Shown: positions 8,888 to 17,689, numbered from the stretch's first letter. The stretch is DNA of 64,000 nt from an uncultured Flavobacteriales bacterium (GCA_964419045.1 CAYQNO010000023.1:3720-67719), one strand, 5' to 3'. Notes: a model not told the origin generated them from the letters alone. Made by a program: numbers and translations.

Positions 8888-9757
8888 TTAAAGGATGATT
8901 TTTTTCTCAGTAGGCTCAAGGTTGTCGTAATTCCACAATTGTTTGCCTGCAACAATCTTAGTGAAGTGTTCTACTCCGCCTTCGGGCATAAGTTCGTATT
9001 GCGTTAACTTGCGTTGCATCCAAGACTTATCGACATCGGTCAATTCTGTTGTTACCGCATCGGTACCGAGAGAATGGATTTTGCCGCCAACGTAAATGGT
9101 TCCATCATATATAGAATCACCTAAGTCCTTGCCAGCATTACCACACACCACTATTCGGCCGCGTTGCATCATGAATCCTGACAATGCACCTGTATCTCCA
9201 CCTACTATGATTGTGCCGCCCTTCATGTCTATACCGGTTCGCGAGCCGACAGAGCCACGACAGACAAGGTCTCCGCCACGAATAGCTGCACCAAATGTAG
9301 AACCAGCATTTTTTTCTATTAATATAGTTCCAGACATCATGTTTTCTCCACATGACCATCCCACCCGACCATTTATTCGCACATTTGGTCCGTCTATTAG
9401 TCCAACGCCAAAATACCCAAGCGACCCTTCAATGATTAAGTTCAACCTATTAAGAATACCGACGCCGAGCGAGTGCTTGCCACGTGGGTTTTTGATTACG
9501 ATAGTGCCATAGCCTTCAGCCATTAGCTCACGAATTCGCTCATTTACTTCCGTCGATGTTAACTCGTCAGTATCAATTTCTATCCTTTTGTTAAAATCGA
9601 CGTCAGGTGCCCAAGGATATGCAAATCGTTCTTCTTCATCTGGGTCAAACTCGATAAGCAGCGACCGTCCAGTCAATTGTTCAGTCGTCATGCCCAGCGA
9701 CTTAGCTCTTTCGTCTTGGCTTAAGAGCTTAAGCTCGGCATCACTTATGCCTGCCAT
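8888..9757 (-). CDS. GXGXG-motif glutamate-synthase-domain protein (MgsB/GlxC-like)
   Basis: Beta-helix GXGXG repeats (GSLGYFGVG, GRVGWSCGE, GSVGSRTGIDMKGG, VCGNAGKDLGD). Overlaps the upstream gene by 13 nt. An alternative ATG start lies at 9691. Confidence 0.85.
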   Translation of the reverse strand: MAGISDAELKLLSQDERAKSLGMTTEQLTGRSLLIEFDPDEEERFAYPWAPDVDFNKRIEIDTDELTSTEVNERIRELMAEGYGTIVIKNPRGKHSLGVGILNRLNLIIEGSLGYFGVGLIDGPNVRINGRVGWSCGENMMSGTILIEKNAGSTFGAAIRGGDLVCRGSVGSRTGIDMKGGTIIVGGDTGALSGFMMQRGRIVVCGNAGKDLGDSIYDGTIYVGGKIHSLGTDAVTTELTDVDKSWMQRKLTQYELMPEGGVEHFTKIVAGKQLWNYDNLEPTEKKIIL

Positions 9758-10680
9758 ACCCTCACCTCCTCGTCATATGGGTCATAAGTATCAATTTCCT
9801 GGGGAAGAATTGAACGGATGGCCACTTCCTCCGACGCCATGGCAATCAGTTGATCACTCTCGTATAGCACTAACGGTTTTGCTGCCATTGTGTCCTTCGC
9901 CATGCCTAATTGATTCTTTGTCGCTACCAGATACGTAAAGACGCCGTCAATCTCATCAATTGATCTTTTCAGGCTTTCTTCTAAGGTAAAATCATGGGCT
10001 AAATTATATGCGGTATAGACTGCTAGTAGTTCGGAATCACAGTTTGACATGAACCTGTGACCTTCACGTTCCATTGTCCTACGCATTATCCAGTAGTTTG
10101 TAATTTGACCGTTATGCACAACGGAAATATCGTTGTATGGAAATGCCCAATACGGGTGAGCTGAACGAATGTCGACATCTGATTCTGTTGCCATTCGCGT
10201 ATGACCAATAGCATGAGTGCCACTGAAGTCGTTCAGACCATAAGTGTTCCCAACTTCGTTAGCGTCACCCAAATCTTTTATTAATTCTAGCCCATTCCCA
10301 AGAGAGAGAATTTCAACGGTATCAATTTCCTCTATATGGCGTGCCATTTCTTCCATATCACCAGATGGGGAAATTACATACCTTAGTGCATAAGGTGTAA
10401 TGGCAGCATATTCCTTAATTTTTACATCATGAAGTTTGATACGTTTTTCAACTTCAGACACTCTCTTCGCAATCTTGTCCACAATATCGTGGCCGGTGTT
10501 CATATCCTCTTTTTCAGCTACTTTGACGCGCATAATGAAGTCGCCGGGATTTGGCGGACCATACACAGCAAAGCCAGTTGAATCGGGACCCCGATGCCTG
10601 AGAGCCATGAGCATTGACGTCATTTCACCACCAACGTTCGACTTTTTACCGCGATGAATAACTCCTGCAATTCCGCACAT
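9745..10680 (-). CDS. Class-II glutamine amidotransferase-domain protein (MgsA/GlxB-like)
   Basis: N-terminal MCGIAG nucleophile motif; 311 aa. Confidence 0.85.
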   Translation of the reverse strand: MCGIAGVIHRGKKSNVGGEMTSMLMALRHRGPDSTGFAVYGPPNPGDFIMRVKVAEKEDMNTGHDIVDKIAKRVSEVEKRIKLHDVKIKEYAAITPYALRYVISPSGDMEEMARHIEEIDTVEILSLGNGLELIKDLGDANEVGNTYGLNDFSGTHAIGHTRMATESDVDIRSAHPYWAFPYNDISVVHNGQITNYWIMRRTMEREGHRFMSNCDSELLAVYTAYNLAHDFTLEESLKRSIDEIDGVFTYLVATKNQLGMAKDTMAAKPLVLYESDQLIAMASEEVAIRSILPQEIDTYDPYDEEVRVWQA

Positions 10681-10722
10681 TAAACTGCGCTCCCACTGAA
10701 AATTTCTATCCTAACCCCTTAA

Positions 10723-10741
10723 TTGGTACACTTTTTGGTAC
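10723..10741. promoter_or_regulatory. Direct repeat TTGGTAC x2 (12-bp phasing) in the gap between the GS-like and amidotransferase genes; candidate operator or internal promoter element
   Basis: TTGGTAC at 10723-10729 and 10735-10741. The same heptamer family recurs in the divergent regulator promoter (13.73-13.81 kb). Confidence 0.3.
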
Positions 10742-10757
10742 TAATTCAAGTTAGCCC

Positions 10758-12239
10758 TTAAGGTAGGCACTCCATATAAGTTTCGTTATCCCATTCGGTA
10801 ACAGTTGACATGAACCGTTCCCATTCATCCGACTTATATTCGTGATAAAGACGATACATTTCTCCAGGCAATCCGCGTTGCACTACATTATCCTTCTCTA
10901 GCGCTTCTAGCGCTTCGCCTAAAGACATTGGTAGCTTCTTAACTTGTTTCCCAGCTTCCATGGCTTCGTAAATATTTCGTTCTTCTGGTTGCCCTGGGTC
11001 AAGTTGGTTGTCGATCCCATCATCAACAGCAGCCAAAATTGTAGAACCCATAATGTATGGATTGACCATTGAGTCCACCGTTCTGTATTCGAATCTTCCC
11101 GGAGCTGAAACACGTAACCCAGTTGTCCTATTTTGAAATCCCCAGTCGGCAAATACAGGCGCCCAAAAGCCCGTATCCCAAAGACGTCTGTACGAGTTTA
11201 CTGTTGAGCAACCAATGGCAGTGAGTGCTTGTAAGTGTTGAACTATGCCACCAATTGCTTGAAGCCCTACTTTACCGGGTAATTGTGGATCCTCTGTGTC
11301 CGGCATGAAGGTATTTTCCCCGCCCTTCACATAGTGATAGTTTCCGGGCATGCCTGGTAATAATTTTGGATCATTACCAGTTGGGCACAAAACATCTTCA
11401 CCGCCATGCCAAAGCGACATGTTGTGATGACAGCCAGATGCGGATACTCCCATGAATGGCTTGGACATAAAACATGCAAAAATACCGTATTCGCGCGCGA
11501 CTTGCGCACAGATCTGGCGATAAGTTGTTAATCTATCCGCGTTACGCATTACGTCGTCGAACATCCAATTAAGTTCCAATTGGCCGGGCGCATCCTCGTG
11601 ATCACCTTGGATCATGTCCAATCCCATGGTCCGCGCGTATTCAATAACTTTCATGTAGACTGGGCGTAAACTTTCAAATTGATCGATGTGATAGCAGTAT
11701 GGTTTTGAGTAACCTTCCTTGGGTTTCCCATCCTGATCAAATTTTAGCCACATCATTTCAGGCTCGGTGCCCATACGTAGCTGGAGGCCTCCATGTTTTT
11801 TCTTAAACGTATCGTGAAGTCGGCGCAGATTTCCGCGGCAGTCAGCAGTCAAAAAGCTACCAGGGTTCTCACGCTCTTCGCGGTTTCGAAACAGCGTGCA
11901 ATAGAACCTGCCAACGCGTTTATCCCAAGGGAGCTGCATGAATGTTTCCGGCTCCGGGATACCTACTAATTCAGCTGCTTCTGGGCCATAGCCCAAATAT
12001 TCACCAGATCTATTTAAGAATAGGTTGACCGTTGAGCCGTAAACAAGCTGAAAGCCCCTTTCTGCAACGGTTTCCCAGTGATCGGAGGGAATACCCTTAC
12101 CCATAATTTTACCTGTTATTGAGACAAATTGCAGATAAAGATACTCGATACCAAGCTCGTCGATCTTCTTTCGAACTTCTTTTACTTTCGCTGACCGACC
12201 GTCAGAGTTGACAAATGTTTCGATGTCCATATTGGCCAT
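10758..12239 (-). CDS. Glutamine-synthetase-family ligase, gamma-glutamyl-alkylamide synthetase candidate (GmaS/GlnT-like)
   Basis: GS beta-grasp plus catalytic-domain features (GDHEDAPGQLELN, SKPFMGVSASGCHHNMSLW, NSYRRL). ATG at 12239 is preceded by GGGAGA with about 8-nt spacing. The track ORF reaches 12272. Confidence 0.85.
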   Translation of the reverse strand: MANMDIETFVNSDGRSAKVKEVRKKIDELGIEYLYLQFVSITGKIMGKGIPSDHWETVAERGFQLVYGSTVNLFLNRSGEYLGYGPEAAELVGIPEPETFMQLPWDKRVGRFYCTLFRNREERENPGSFLTADCRGNLRRLHDTFKKKHGGLQLRMGTEPEMMWLKFDQDGKPKEGYSKPYCYHIDQFESLRPVYMKVIEYARTMGLDMIQGDHEDAPGQLELNWMFDDVMRNADRLTTYRQICAQVAREYGIFACFMSKPFMGVSASGCHHNMSLWHGGEDVLCPTGNDPKLLPGMPGNYHYVKGGENTFMPDTEDPQLPGKVGLQAIGGIVQHLQALTAIGCSTVNSYRRLWDTGFWAPVFADWGFQNRTTGLRVSAPGRFEYRTVDSMVNPYIMGSTILAAVDDGIDNQLDPGQPEERNIYEAMEAGKQVKKLPMSLGEALEALEKDNVVQRGLPGEMYRLYHEYKSDEWERFMSTVTEWDNETYMECLP

Positions 12240-12305
12240 TCTAATCTTCTCCCATCTTGTTAAGCGCAACACTTATTCCGAATCATCGATAAGCACTCAG
12301 TGTCT

Positions 12306-13649
12306 TCAGCTCCATGGAAATGGACTATTTGAAACGGGGTGCAATTCGCCTTTTTCGTATCGTTCAAATCTAAAGGGATTCAGTAAATCTTGCCTGTCAC
12401 CAAAGATTTCGTCTGCAACAAGCCGACCTACACCAATCATTTTATAGCCATGGTTACTATCAGCTATAACGCTGACGTTCTCGTTGAAACAATCGAAGAC
12501 TGGGAAACTATCAGGAGTAAAACATCCTATGCCACCTGATGGCTCACGATTGTATTGCTCCATCATTCCTTCGAAACGTTGATGGCAATGTGATAGAGCC
12601 GAAACCCACATGTGAGCAAAGTCGTCTCCGGATACAAATTCCGGACTAGATGGGCCATATGGATCGATTGCGACGTCATCGGCAGCCTTCTTAACTTTAT
12701 ATGGTGCTGCGCCGCCTTGTATGCCACCAAAATGTGTGTCTGGCTTATAATATATTCCCCACATTTCCTCTGTTATCACCGACCCATCTACATCTGAAAT
12801 AAGCGGTGCGTCTGAATCAACATGTATTACAGGTGGCATCTCGCTATCGTTGGACTTCAACATACCCGGATCAACGCGCAATACACCTTCTTGAAGTTGC
12901 CAGAACCGCCACATGTCTACTTCTTCATGTCGTTTACCCTCCAAATCAGTAACACTAATTTTTTTAGGTAGTCCTAGCATATCCCAAAAATTTCGTACCC
13001 AGGGCCCAGCGGCAATTACTACGTGTTTACAGTTTATTGAGCCTTGATCTGTTTCAACGGAAAGAATTGCATTTGAACTATTTTCCCTAACAAATCCCTT
13101 GACCTCTATGCCAGTCATAATCTGTACACCAAGATCCTGCGCTTTTTTGGCTAAGCCATTTAGAGATTTGATGTTATTGGCATAACCGCCTCGTTTCTCA
13201 TGCAAAACGGACGTTATATTCTGCGCGCGCCAGTCGTGAAAAATACCTTTCATATAGCTGGTAGATGCGTCGGCTCCTTCAATAAAAACACTCTCATATC
13301 CGATCTCTTGCTGTTCAGAAAAAATTTGTCCGATATCGTCACGCATTGCCTCACAGGAAATTTGCATGTATCCCACCGGGTAATAACAAAATGCTTGCGG
13401 ATCACTTTCCCAAACGCCTACTGAATGGGCCATAAGATGGCGCATTGCCGGTTGAAAGTAGTTATTACGGATGACACCGCATGCTATTCCGCTGGCTCCA
13501 GCGGCTATACTGTCCTTGTCCAGAACAATTACCCGACCTTCAGTGTTTTGACCCGCTTCATTCAAACGTTCTGCCAATCGCCAAGCGGATGAAAGGCCAT
13601 GAATTCCGGCGCCGACAACAATGTAATCTACGTGTTCTGGCAAACCCAA
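12306..13649 (-). CDS. FAD-dependent oxidoreductase, DAO family (sarcosine-oxidase-beta / MgdA-like)
   Basis: N-terminal dinucleotide fold YIVVGAGIHGLSSAW; 447 aa. First gene of the minus-strand cluster. Confidence 0.85.
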   Translation of the reverse strand: MGLPEHVDYIVVGAGIHGLSSAWRLAERLNEAGQNTEGRVIVLDKDSIAAGASGIACGVIRNNYFQPAMRHLMAHSVGVWESDPQAFCYYPVGYMQISCEAMRDDIGQIFSEQQEIGYESVFIEGADASTSYMKGIFHDWRAQNITSVLHEKRGGYANNIKSLNGLAKKAQDLGVQIMTGIEVKGFVRENSSNAILSVETDQGSINCKHVVIAAGPWVRNFWDMLGLPKKISVTDLEGKRHEEVDMWRFWQLQEGVLRVDPGMLKSNDSEMPPVIHVDSDAPLISDVDGSVITEEMWGIYYKPDTHFGGIQGGAAPYKVKKAADDVAIDPYGPSSPEFVSGDDFAHMWVSALSHCHQRFEGMMEQYNREPSGGIGCFTPDSFPVFDCFNENVSVIADSNHGYKMIGVGRLVADEIFGDRQDLLNPFRFERYEKGELHPVSNSPFPWS

Positions 13650-13725
13650 TTTTTCTCTCCCATCACCCCTCTATAAACTCTATTCTTAATTTTAAGGGGG
13701 CATTATTCATTTTTTTTTACTATGC

Positions 13726-13743
13726 CAAAATTTTGTACCAAAA
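13726..13743. promoter_or_regulatory. Overlapping palindromes CAAAATTTTG / TTTTGTACCAAAA in the divergent promoter region; candidate GntR operator
   Basis: Read directly. It contains GTACCAA, the reverse complement of TTGGTAC. It lies between the flavoprotein gene start (13649) and the regulator start. Confidence 0.35.
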
Positions 13744-13792
13744 AACAACTATTGTTATGCCAATTTTGCAGATATTGCTTAATTATTATATA

Positions 13793-13810
13793 TTGGTATA
13801 ATTTTGGTAT
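13793..13810. promoter_or_regulatory. Direct repeat TTGGTAT x2 (11-bp phasing) just upstream of the GntR start; candidate autoregulatory operator
   Basis: TTGGTAT at 13793-13799 and 13804-13810. Same architecture as the 10723-10741 repeat. Confidence 0.3.
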
Positions 13811-13827
13811 GTTATTGTTTAGGAAAC

Positions 13828-14511
13828 ATGAAAGTAATGAAAAAACATGGATCAACTGAAATTGCTAGCTTATTGCGCCAAGAAATTCATAGTGGAAAAT
13901 TGGTTGCTAAAGATCGCCTGCCAGCAGAACGAATATTGGCCAAATCATATAACGTTGCTCGTGGAACAGTTCGCGAAGCGCTAAAGCAGCTTGCTCAAGA
14001 CGGTTTAGTCGAAATTCGTAGAGGTAGTGGAACTTACGTACTGCCGTTGATGTTTGAGACTACAAATAGAGTTATAGAAAACGCTAGCCCACTAGAACTA
14101 ATAGATGCTCGATTTGCACTTGAGCCGCACATTTGTCGATTGGCAGTTTTACACGCACGTAGACTAGACCTAGAAAAGGCGGAGGCGCTATTACTTGAAA
14201 TGGAAGGTTGCATGCATAATCCGGAGCGATTTGCGATGCTTGATACTTCTCTTCATTCATTATTGGCAGAAACTACAGGTAATCAGTTGCTGGTCTGGAT
14301 CATTGCCCAAATAAATGGTGTACGTAATCAGAAGCGATGGGAACGAATGCGGCGTTTGACACTGAACGAGAGGACGATTGCCGAATACAATAAACATCAC
14401 CGAGAAATTTTCGATGCTATCCAAAGAAGAGAGCCCGAAAGGGCGGCTGCTATTATGATACAACACCTAGAATCAGCCCGACTATCCTTAACCCGTGCAG
14501 CGGCGGCCTAA
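13828..14511 (+). CDS. GntR-family transcriptional regulator, FadR subfamily (wHTH + FCD domain)
   Basis: wHTH RLPAERILAKSYNVARGTVREALKQLAQDGLVEIRRGSGTYV, followed by a helical FCD-like C-terminal domain. ATG at 13828 follows AGGAAAC. The track start (TTG 13804) is probably too early. Confidence 0.85.
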   Translation: MKVMKKHGSTEIASLLRQEIHSGKLVAKDRLPAERILAKSYNVARGTVREALKQLAQDGLVEIRRGSGTYVLPLMFETTNRVIENASPLELIDARFALEPHICRLAVLHARRLDLEKAEALLLEMEGCMHNPERFAMLDTSLHSLLAETTGNQLLVWIIAQINGVRNQKRWERMRRLTLNERTIAEYNKHHREIFDAIQRREPERAAAIMIQHLESARLSLTRAAAA

Positions 14512-14556
14512 AAAAAGTTATGACCATGCCTGTTTGTTTCTGTCAGCACATTCAAT

Positions 14557-14568
14557 CACATGCATGTG
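14557..14568. promoter_or_regulatory. Perfect 12-bp palindrome CACATGCATGTG upstream of the fetA-like gene
   Basis: Read directly, 48 nt upstream of the 14616 start. The binding factor is unknown. Confidence 0.25.
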
Positions 14569-14615
14569 CGTACTCTTCTAATTTGCTTTACTACTAATTT
14601 GAAACACCATTATTA

Positions 14616-15212
14616 ATGTTGACTGTTTGTAACCTGTATCGCGCTGGACTATTGCCAGTATCGTTTGAACTTGCCGACGGTGAATGTATTGTTGTGCAGG
14701 GCAAATCGGGTTCGGGCAAGACATTATTACTTCGCGCTATCGCTGATCTTGACCCTAGCGATGGTATGGTGTCACTTGATGATAACTTACGTGACACGAT
14801 GCCAGCACCAATTTGGCGTAGCCAAGTCACATACGTCTCGACAGTTCCTGGATGGTGGCACGATACAGTAGGCCCCCATTTTCCCGATTGGAATTTGGTG
14901 CAGCCGTTTGTCGAGGCATTGGGTGTATCCGCAGACTGCTATTCTTGGCCGGTGCAGCGCCTTTCGACGGGTGAGCAACAACGGATAGGACTAATTCGAG
15001 CTTTGCTGTTGCGGCCACGTGTCCTCCTGCTTGATGAACCTACTTCAGGTTTGGATGCGTTGACCACTTTAGCAGTAGAGCGACTCATCGGTTCCCACTT
15101 CGAGGATGGTGGGAGCGTAATTTGGGTAAGTCATGATGACGACCAGTCAAAACGTCTGGCGCGGAGAAGACTTATAATGGAGAATGGTCGGGCACAGGAA
15201 GCGATGTTGTGA
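14616..15212 (+). CDS. ABC transporter ATP-binding protein, YbbL/FetA-like
   Basis: Walker A GKSGSGKTLL, signature LSTGEQQR, Walker B LLLDEPTSGLD. GTGA overlap with the next gene. Confidence 0.8.
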   Translation: MLTVCNLYRAGLLPVSFELADGECIVVQGKSGSGKTLLLRAIADLDPSDGMVSLDDNLRDTMPAPIWRSQVTYVSTVPGWWHDTVGPHFPDWNLVQPFVEALGVSADCYSWPVQRLSTGEQQRIGLIRALLLRPRVLLLDEPTSGLDALTTLAVERLIGSHFEDGGSVIWVSHDDDQSKRLARRRLIMENGRAQEAML

Positions 15213-16036
15213 ACTACATTCGGCTCGACTTTTTCGACCTCGTGATTGCTGGATCCCTAGTTCTGTTGAACGGCGGTCTTTCCCTAGTTCTTCACTTGCA
15301 AATAGGGCGCCAGTTCCTGATTGCCGCAGTTCGTATGGTTGTTCAGCTATTGCTTGTCGGAATTGTGCTAACAACATTGTTCTCGCTGGTTTCGCCTTTC
15401 TGGACAGGAATTGCTGCACTTCTAATGATCTTATTTGCCGGACGGGAGATAATGATTCGACAGGAACGTAGGCTCACTGGTATTTGGGCATACAGCCTAG
15501 GTACCAGCTGCATGCTGGTTGCCGCGACTCTTATAACGGTGTTTGCGCTAACCACACAGGTCAGGCCTGATCCTTGGTACCATCCGCGATATGGCTTGCC
15601 ATTGTTGGGTATGATCCTCGGCAACACGATGACAGGAATCAGTCTCGGTCTTCATGCGCTCACGACGGGACTGTTGCGGGAACGCGAGGGCATAGAAGCG
15701 CAACTATCTCTTGGTGCAACTCGTAGAGAGGCCCTTCTACCGGTAACACGTTCCGCAATGCGGAACGCCTTGATGCCAATCGTAAATGCGATGGCGGCAA
15801 CTGGACTCGTGGCATTGCCAGGTATGATGACAGGTCAAATTTTGTCCGGAGTTGAGCCTGTAGAAGCCGTAAAATACCAAATTCTAATCATGTTCTTGAT
15901 TGCAGGTGGAACAGGTTTAGGATCACTTGCAGCAGTGATGGGCAGCGCTTTAAGACTGACTGATCGTCGTCATCGACTTCGACTCGATCGCTTGGCGTCA
16001 CCCAAGGGTAATGGGTATAACGCGGCACTGATCTGA
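15209..16036 (+). CDS. ABC transporter permease, YbbM/FetB (UPF0014) family, putative iron exporter
   Basis: 275-aa polytopic membrane protein, translationally coupled to the FetA-like ATPase. Confidence 0.75.
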   Translation: MNYIRLDFFDLVIAGSLVLLNGGLSLVLHLQIGRQFLIAAVRMVVQLLLVGIVLTTLFSLVSPFWTGIAALLMILFAGREIMIRQERRLTGIWAYSLGTSCMLVAATLITVFALTTQVRPDPWYHPRYGLPLLGMILGNTMTGISLGLHALTTGLLREREGIEAQLSLGATRREALLPVTRSAMRNALMPIVNAMAATGLVALPGMMTGQILSGVEPVEAVKYQILIMFLIAGGTGLGSLAAVMGSALRLTDRRHRLRLDRLASPKGNGYNAALI

Positions 16037-16055
16037 ATTTTGCAACTTAGCCTAT

Positions 16056-16877
16056 TTACCCTAATCTCTTTCTAGTGAGGGTTCGTGTTAATTGACGGAC
16101 AATTATAAATACAAAACCTGCGGCGAACAGCACCGTAGCCGCAATTACGATGGATGGGCCAGATGGTGTGTCCCATTTTAGCGATGCAGCAAGTCCTCCA
16201 CCCACTGCTAATGCGCCAACAAGACTTGCAATCATTGCCATTGTCTCTGGGGTTTTTGAAAAATGGCGAGCGGTTGCAGCGGGAATTATCAATAGCGAAC
16301 CAATCAATAGAACACCAACAACTTTGATGGATACAGCAATTATCAGTGCGATTAACAACATAAATGCGAGGCGTACTGGAAATACAAATACGCCTTCTGC
16401 TTCGGCCAATTCTTCGTGTACTGTCACTGCAATGAGTGGCCTCCAGATTACGGTGAGGAAGCCCAGCGTAGCTAGTCCACCACCATAGATCCAATATATA
16501 TCGAGGGCAGTGACAGATAGGATATCACCAAACAGGTATCCCATCAGATCAACACGCAACCACTCCATCAAGCTGATAGCTATTAGACCCAATGACAATG
16601 CAGCATGGGAAAGAATACCAAGCAATGTGTCAGTAGAGAGTTCCTGTTGACGCTGCAACATTAGAAGTAAAATCGATATTATGATTCCTGTTACAATTAT
16701 ACCGATGGTGATATCGATACCGATCAATAAACCGAGGGCAACTCCAAGTAATGCCGAATGGGCCATAGAGTCGCCAAAATATGCCATCTGTCGCCAAACG
16801 ATAAAGCAGCCGAGTGGACCTGCCACCACCGCAACACCCAATCCAGCTATAAGTGCCCTTGTGAAGAAATCGTCCAT
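16056..16877 (-). CDS. znuB: Zinc ABC transporter permease ZnuB
   Basis: 273-aa ABC-3 family membrane protein, 2 nt downstream of the ZnuC-like ATPase gene. Confidence 0.8.
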   Translation of the reverse strand: MDDFFTRALIAGLGVAVVAGPLGCFIVWRQMAYFGDSMAHSALLGVALGLLIGIDITIGIIVTGIIISILLLMLQRQQELSTDTLLGILSHAALSLGLIAISLMEWLRVDLMGYLFGDILSVTALDIYWIYGGGLATLGFLTVIWRPLIAVTVHEELAEAEGVFVFPVRLAFMLLIALIIAVSIKVVGVLLIGSLLIIPAATARHFSKTPETMAMIASLVGALAVGGGLAASLKWDTPSGPSIVIAATVLFAAGFVFIIVRQLTRTLTRKRLG

Positions 16878-16879
16878 AT

Positions 16880-17689
16880 TTAATCGGACGCCTCATCGCT
16901 ACTACCGTATTCTCTGTCTTTGTTTTGGCTACCGCTAATTAGCGGAATCGCCGCGCCTGAGACATCGTGCGCATGGTCGTGATTGTGGGTATAAAGCGCG
17001 ACATGTTGGGCTTTGCTTTGACCAAATAGCGCTAGGAATTCAGGATTTTGGCTGACAGATTCGGGTTTTCCCGAACAACAAATGTGTTGGTTTAGGCAGA
17101 CGACTTGATCTGTTGATGACATGACCATGTGGAGGTTGTGAGAAATCATAAATACGCCGCATCCAAGCCGTTTTCTTAGATCTGAAACAAGGCCGTAGAA
17201 ATCGGCTTCTCCGGCAAAATCTACGCCTTGTGTTGGTTCGTCCAGAACAAGCAGTTGCGGTTCACGCAGCAAAGCACGCGCAAGTAGCACTCGTTGTAAC
17301 TCACCACCCGACAATTCCGAGACGTTTGAATTTACCAATGTGGCCACGTCAGTGGCTGTGAGTGCATCCAAAATAGAATCAACAGAGGCGGGACGTGTTA
17401 GAGTCATCAGTCGACTTACAGTCAGCGGTAGTACCGGGGGTATTGTAAGCTTCTGCGGTAAGTAGCCTATTGTAACTCCTGAGCGCCGCTGGACACGACC
17501 AGTATCGGGTGCAAGTAAACCTAATATTAACCGGGCTAGTGTCGTCTTGCCGGATCCGTTCGGACCAATCAAAGTAACAATTTCACCTGGTCGCACGTTT
17601 AAATTAATATCACTCAGAACCTGCTTTTTACCTAACCTTAAGCTAGCATGCTGTACTTCGATGAGTGGTAAATCTAAATAATCATCCAT
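16880..17689 (-). CDS. znuC: Zinc ABC transporter ATP-binding protein ZnuC
   Basis: Walker A GPNGSGKTTL, LSGGELQRVLLARAL, LVLDEPTQGVD, and a His-rich C-terminus (HVALYTHNHDHAHDV). Confidence 0.8.
   Translation of the reverse strand: MDDYLDLPLIEVQHASLRLGKKQVLSDINLNVRPGEIVTLIGPNGSGKTTLARLILGLLAPDTGRVQRRSGVTIGYLPQKLTIPPVLPLTVSRLMTLTRPASVDSILDALTATDVATLVNSNVSELSGGELQRVLLARALLREPQLLVLDEPTQGVDFAGEADFYGLVSDLRKRLGCGVFMISHNLHMVMSSTDQVVCLNQHICCSGKPESVSQNPEFLALFGQSKAQHVALYTHNHDHAHDVSGAAIPLISGSQNKDREYGSSDEASD

Noticed and set aside
12240-12272. N-terminal extensions proposed by the ORF track for several genes (for example 12272, 13804, 17975, 19037, 24479, 26993, 32384, 42156, 45416, 52365, 56567, 58658, 59955)
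   Set aside because: In each case an internal ATG (a TTG for ispB) with a better-placed purine-rich RBS avoids overlap with the upstream gene, or a family-typical N-terminus starts there. The shorter models are reported instead. The exact starts remain unverified.
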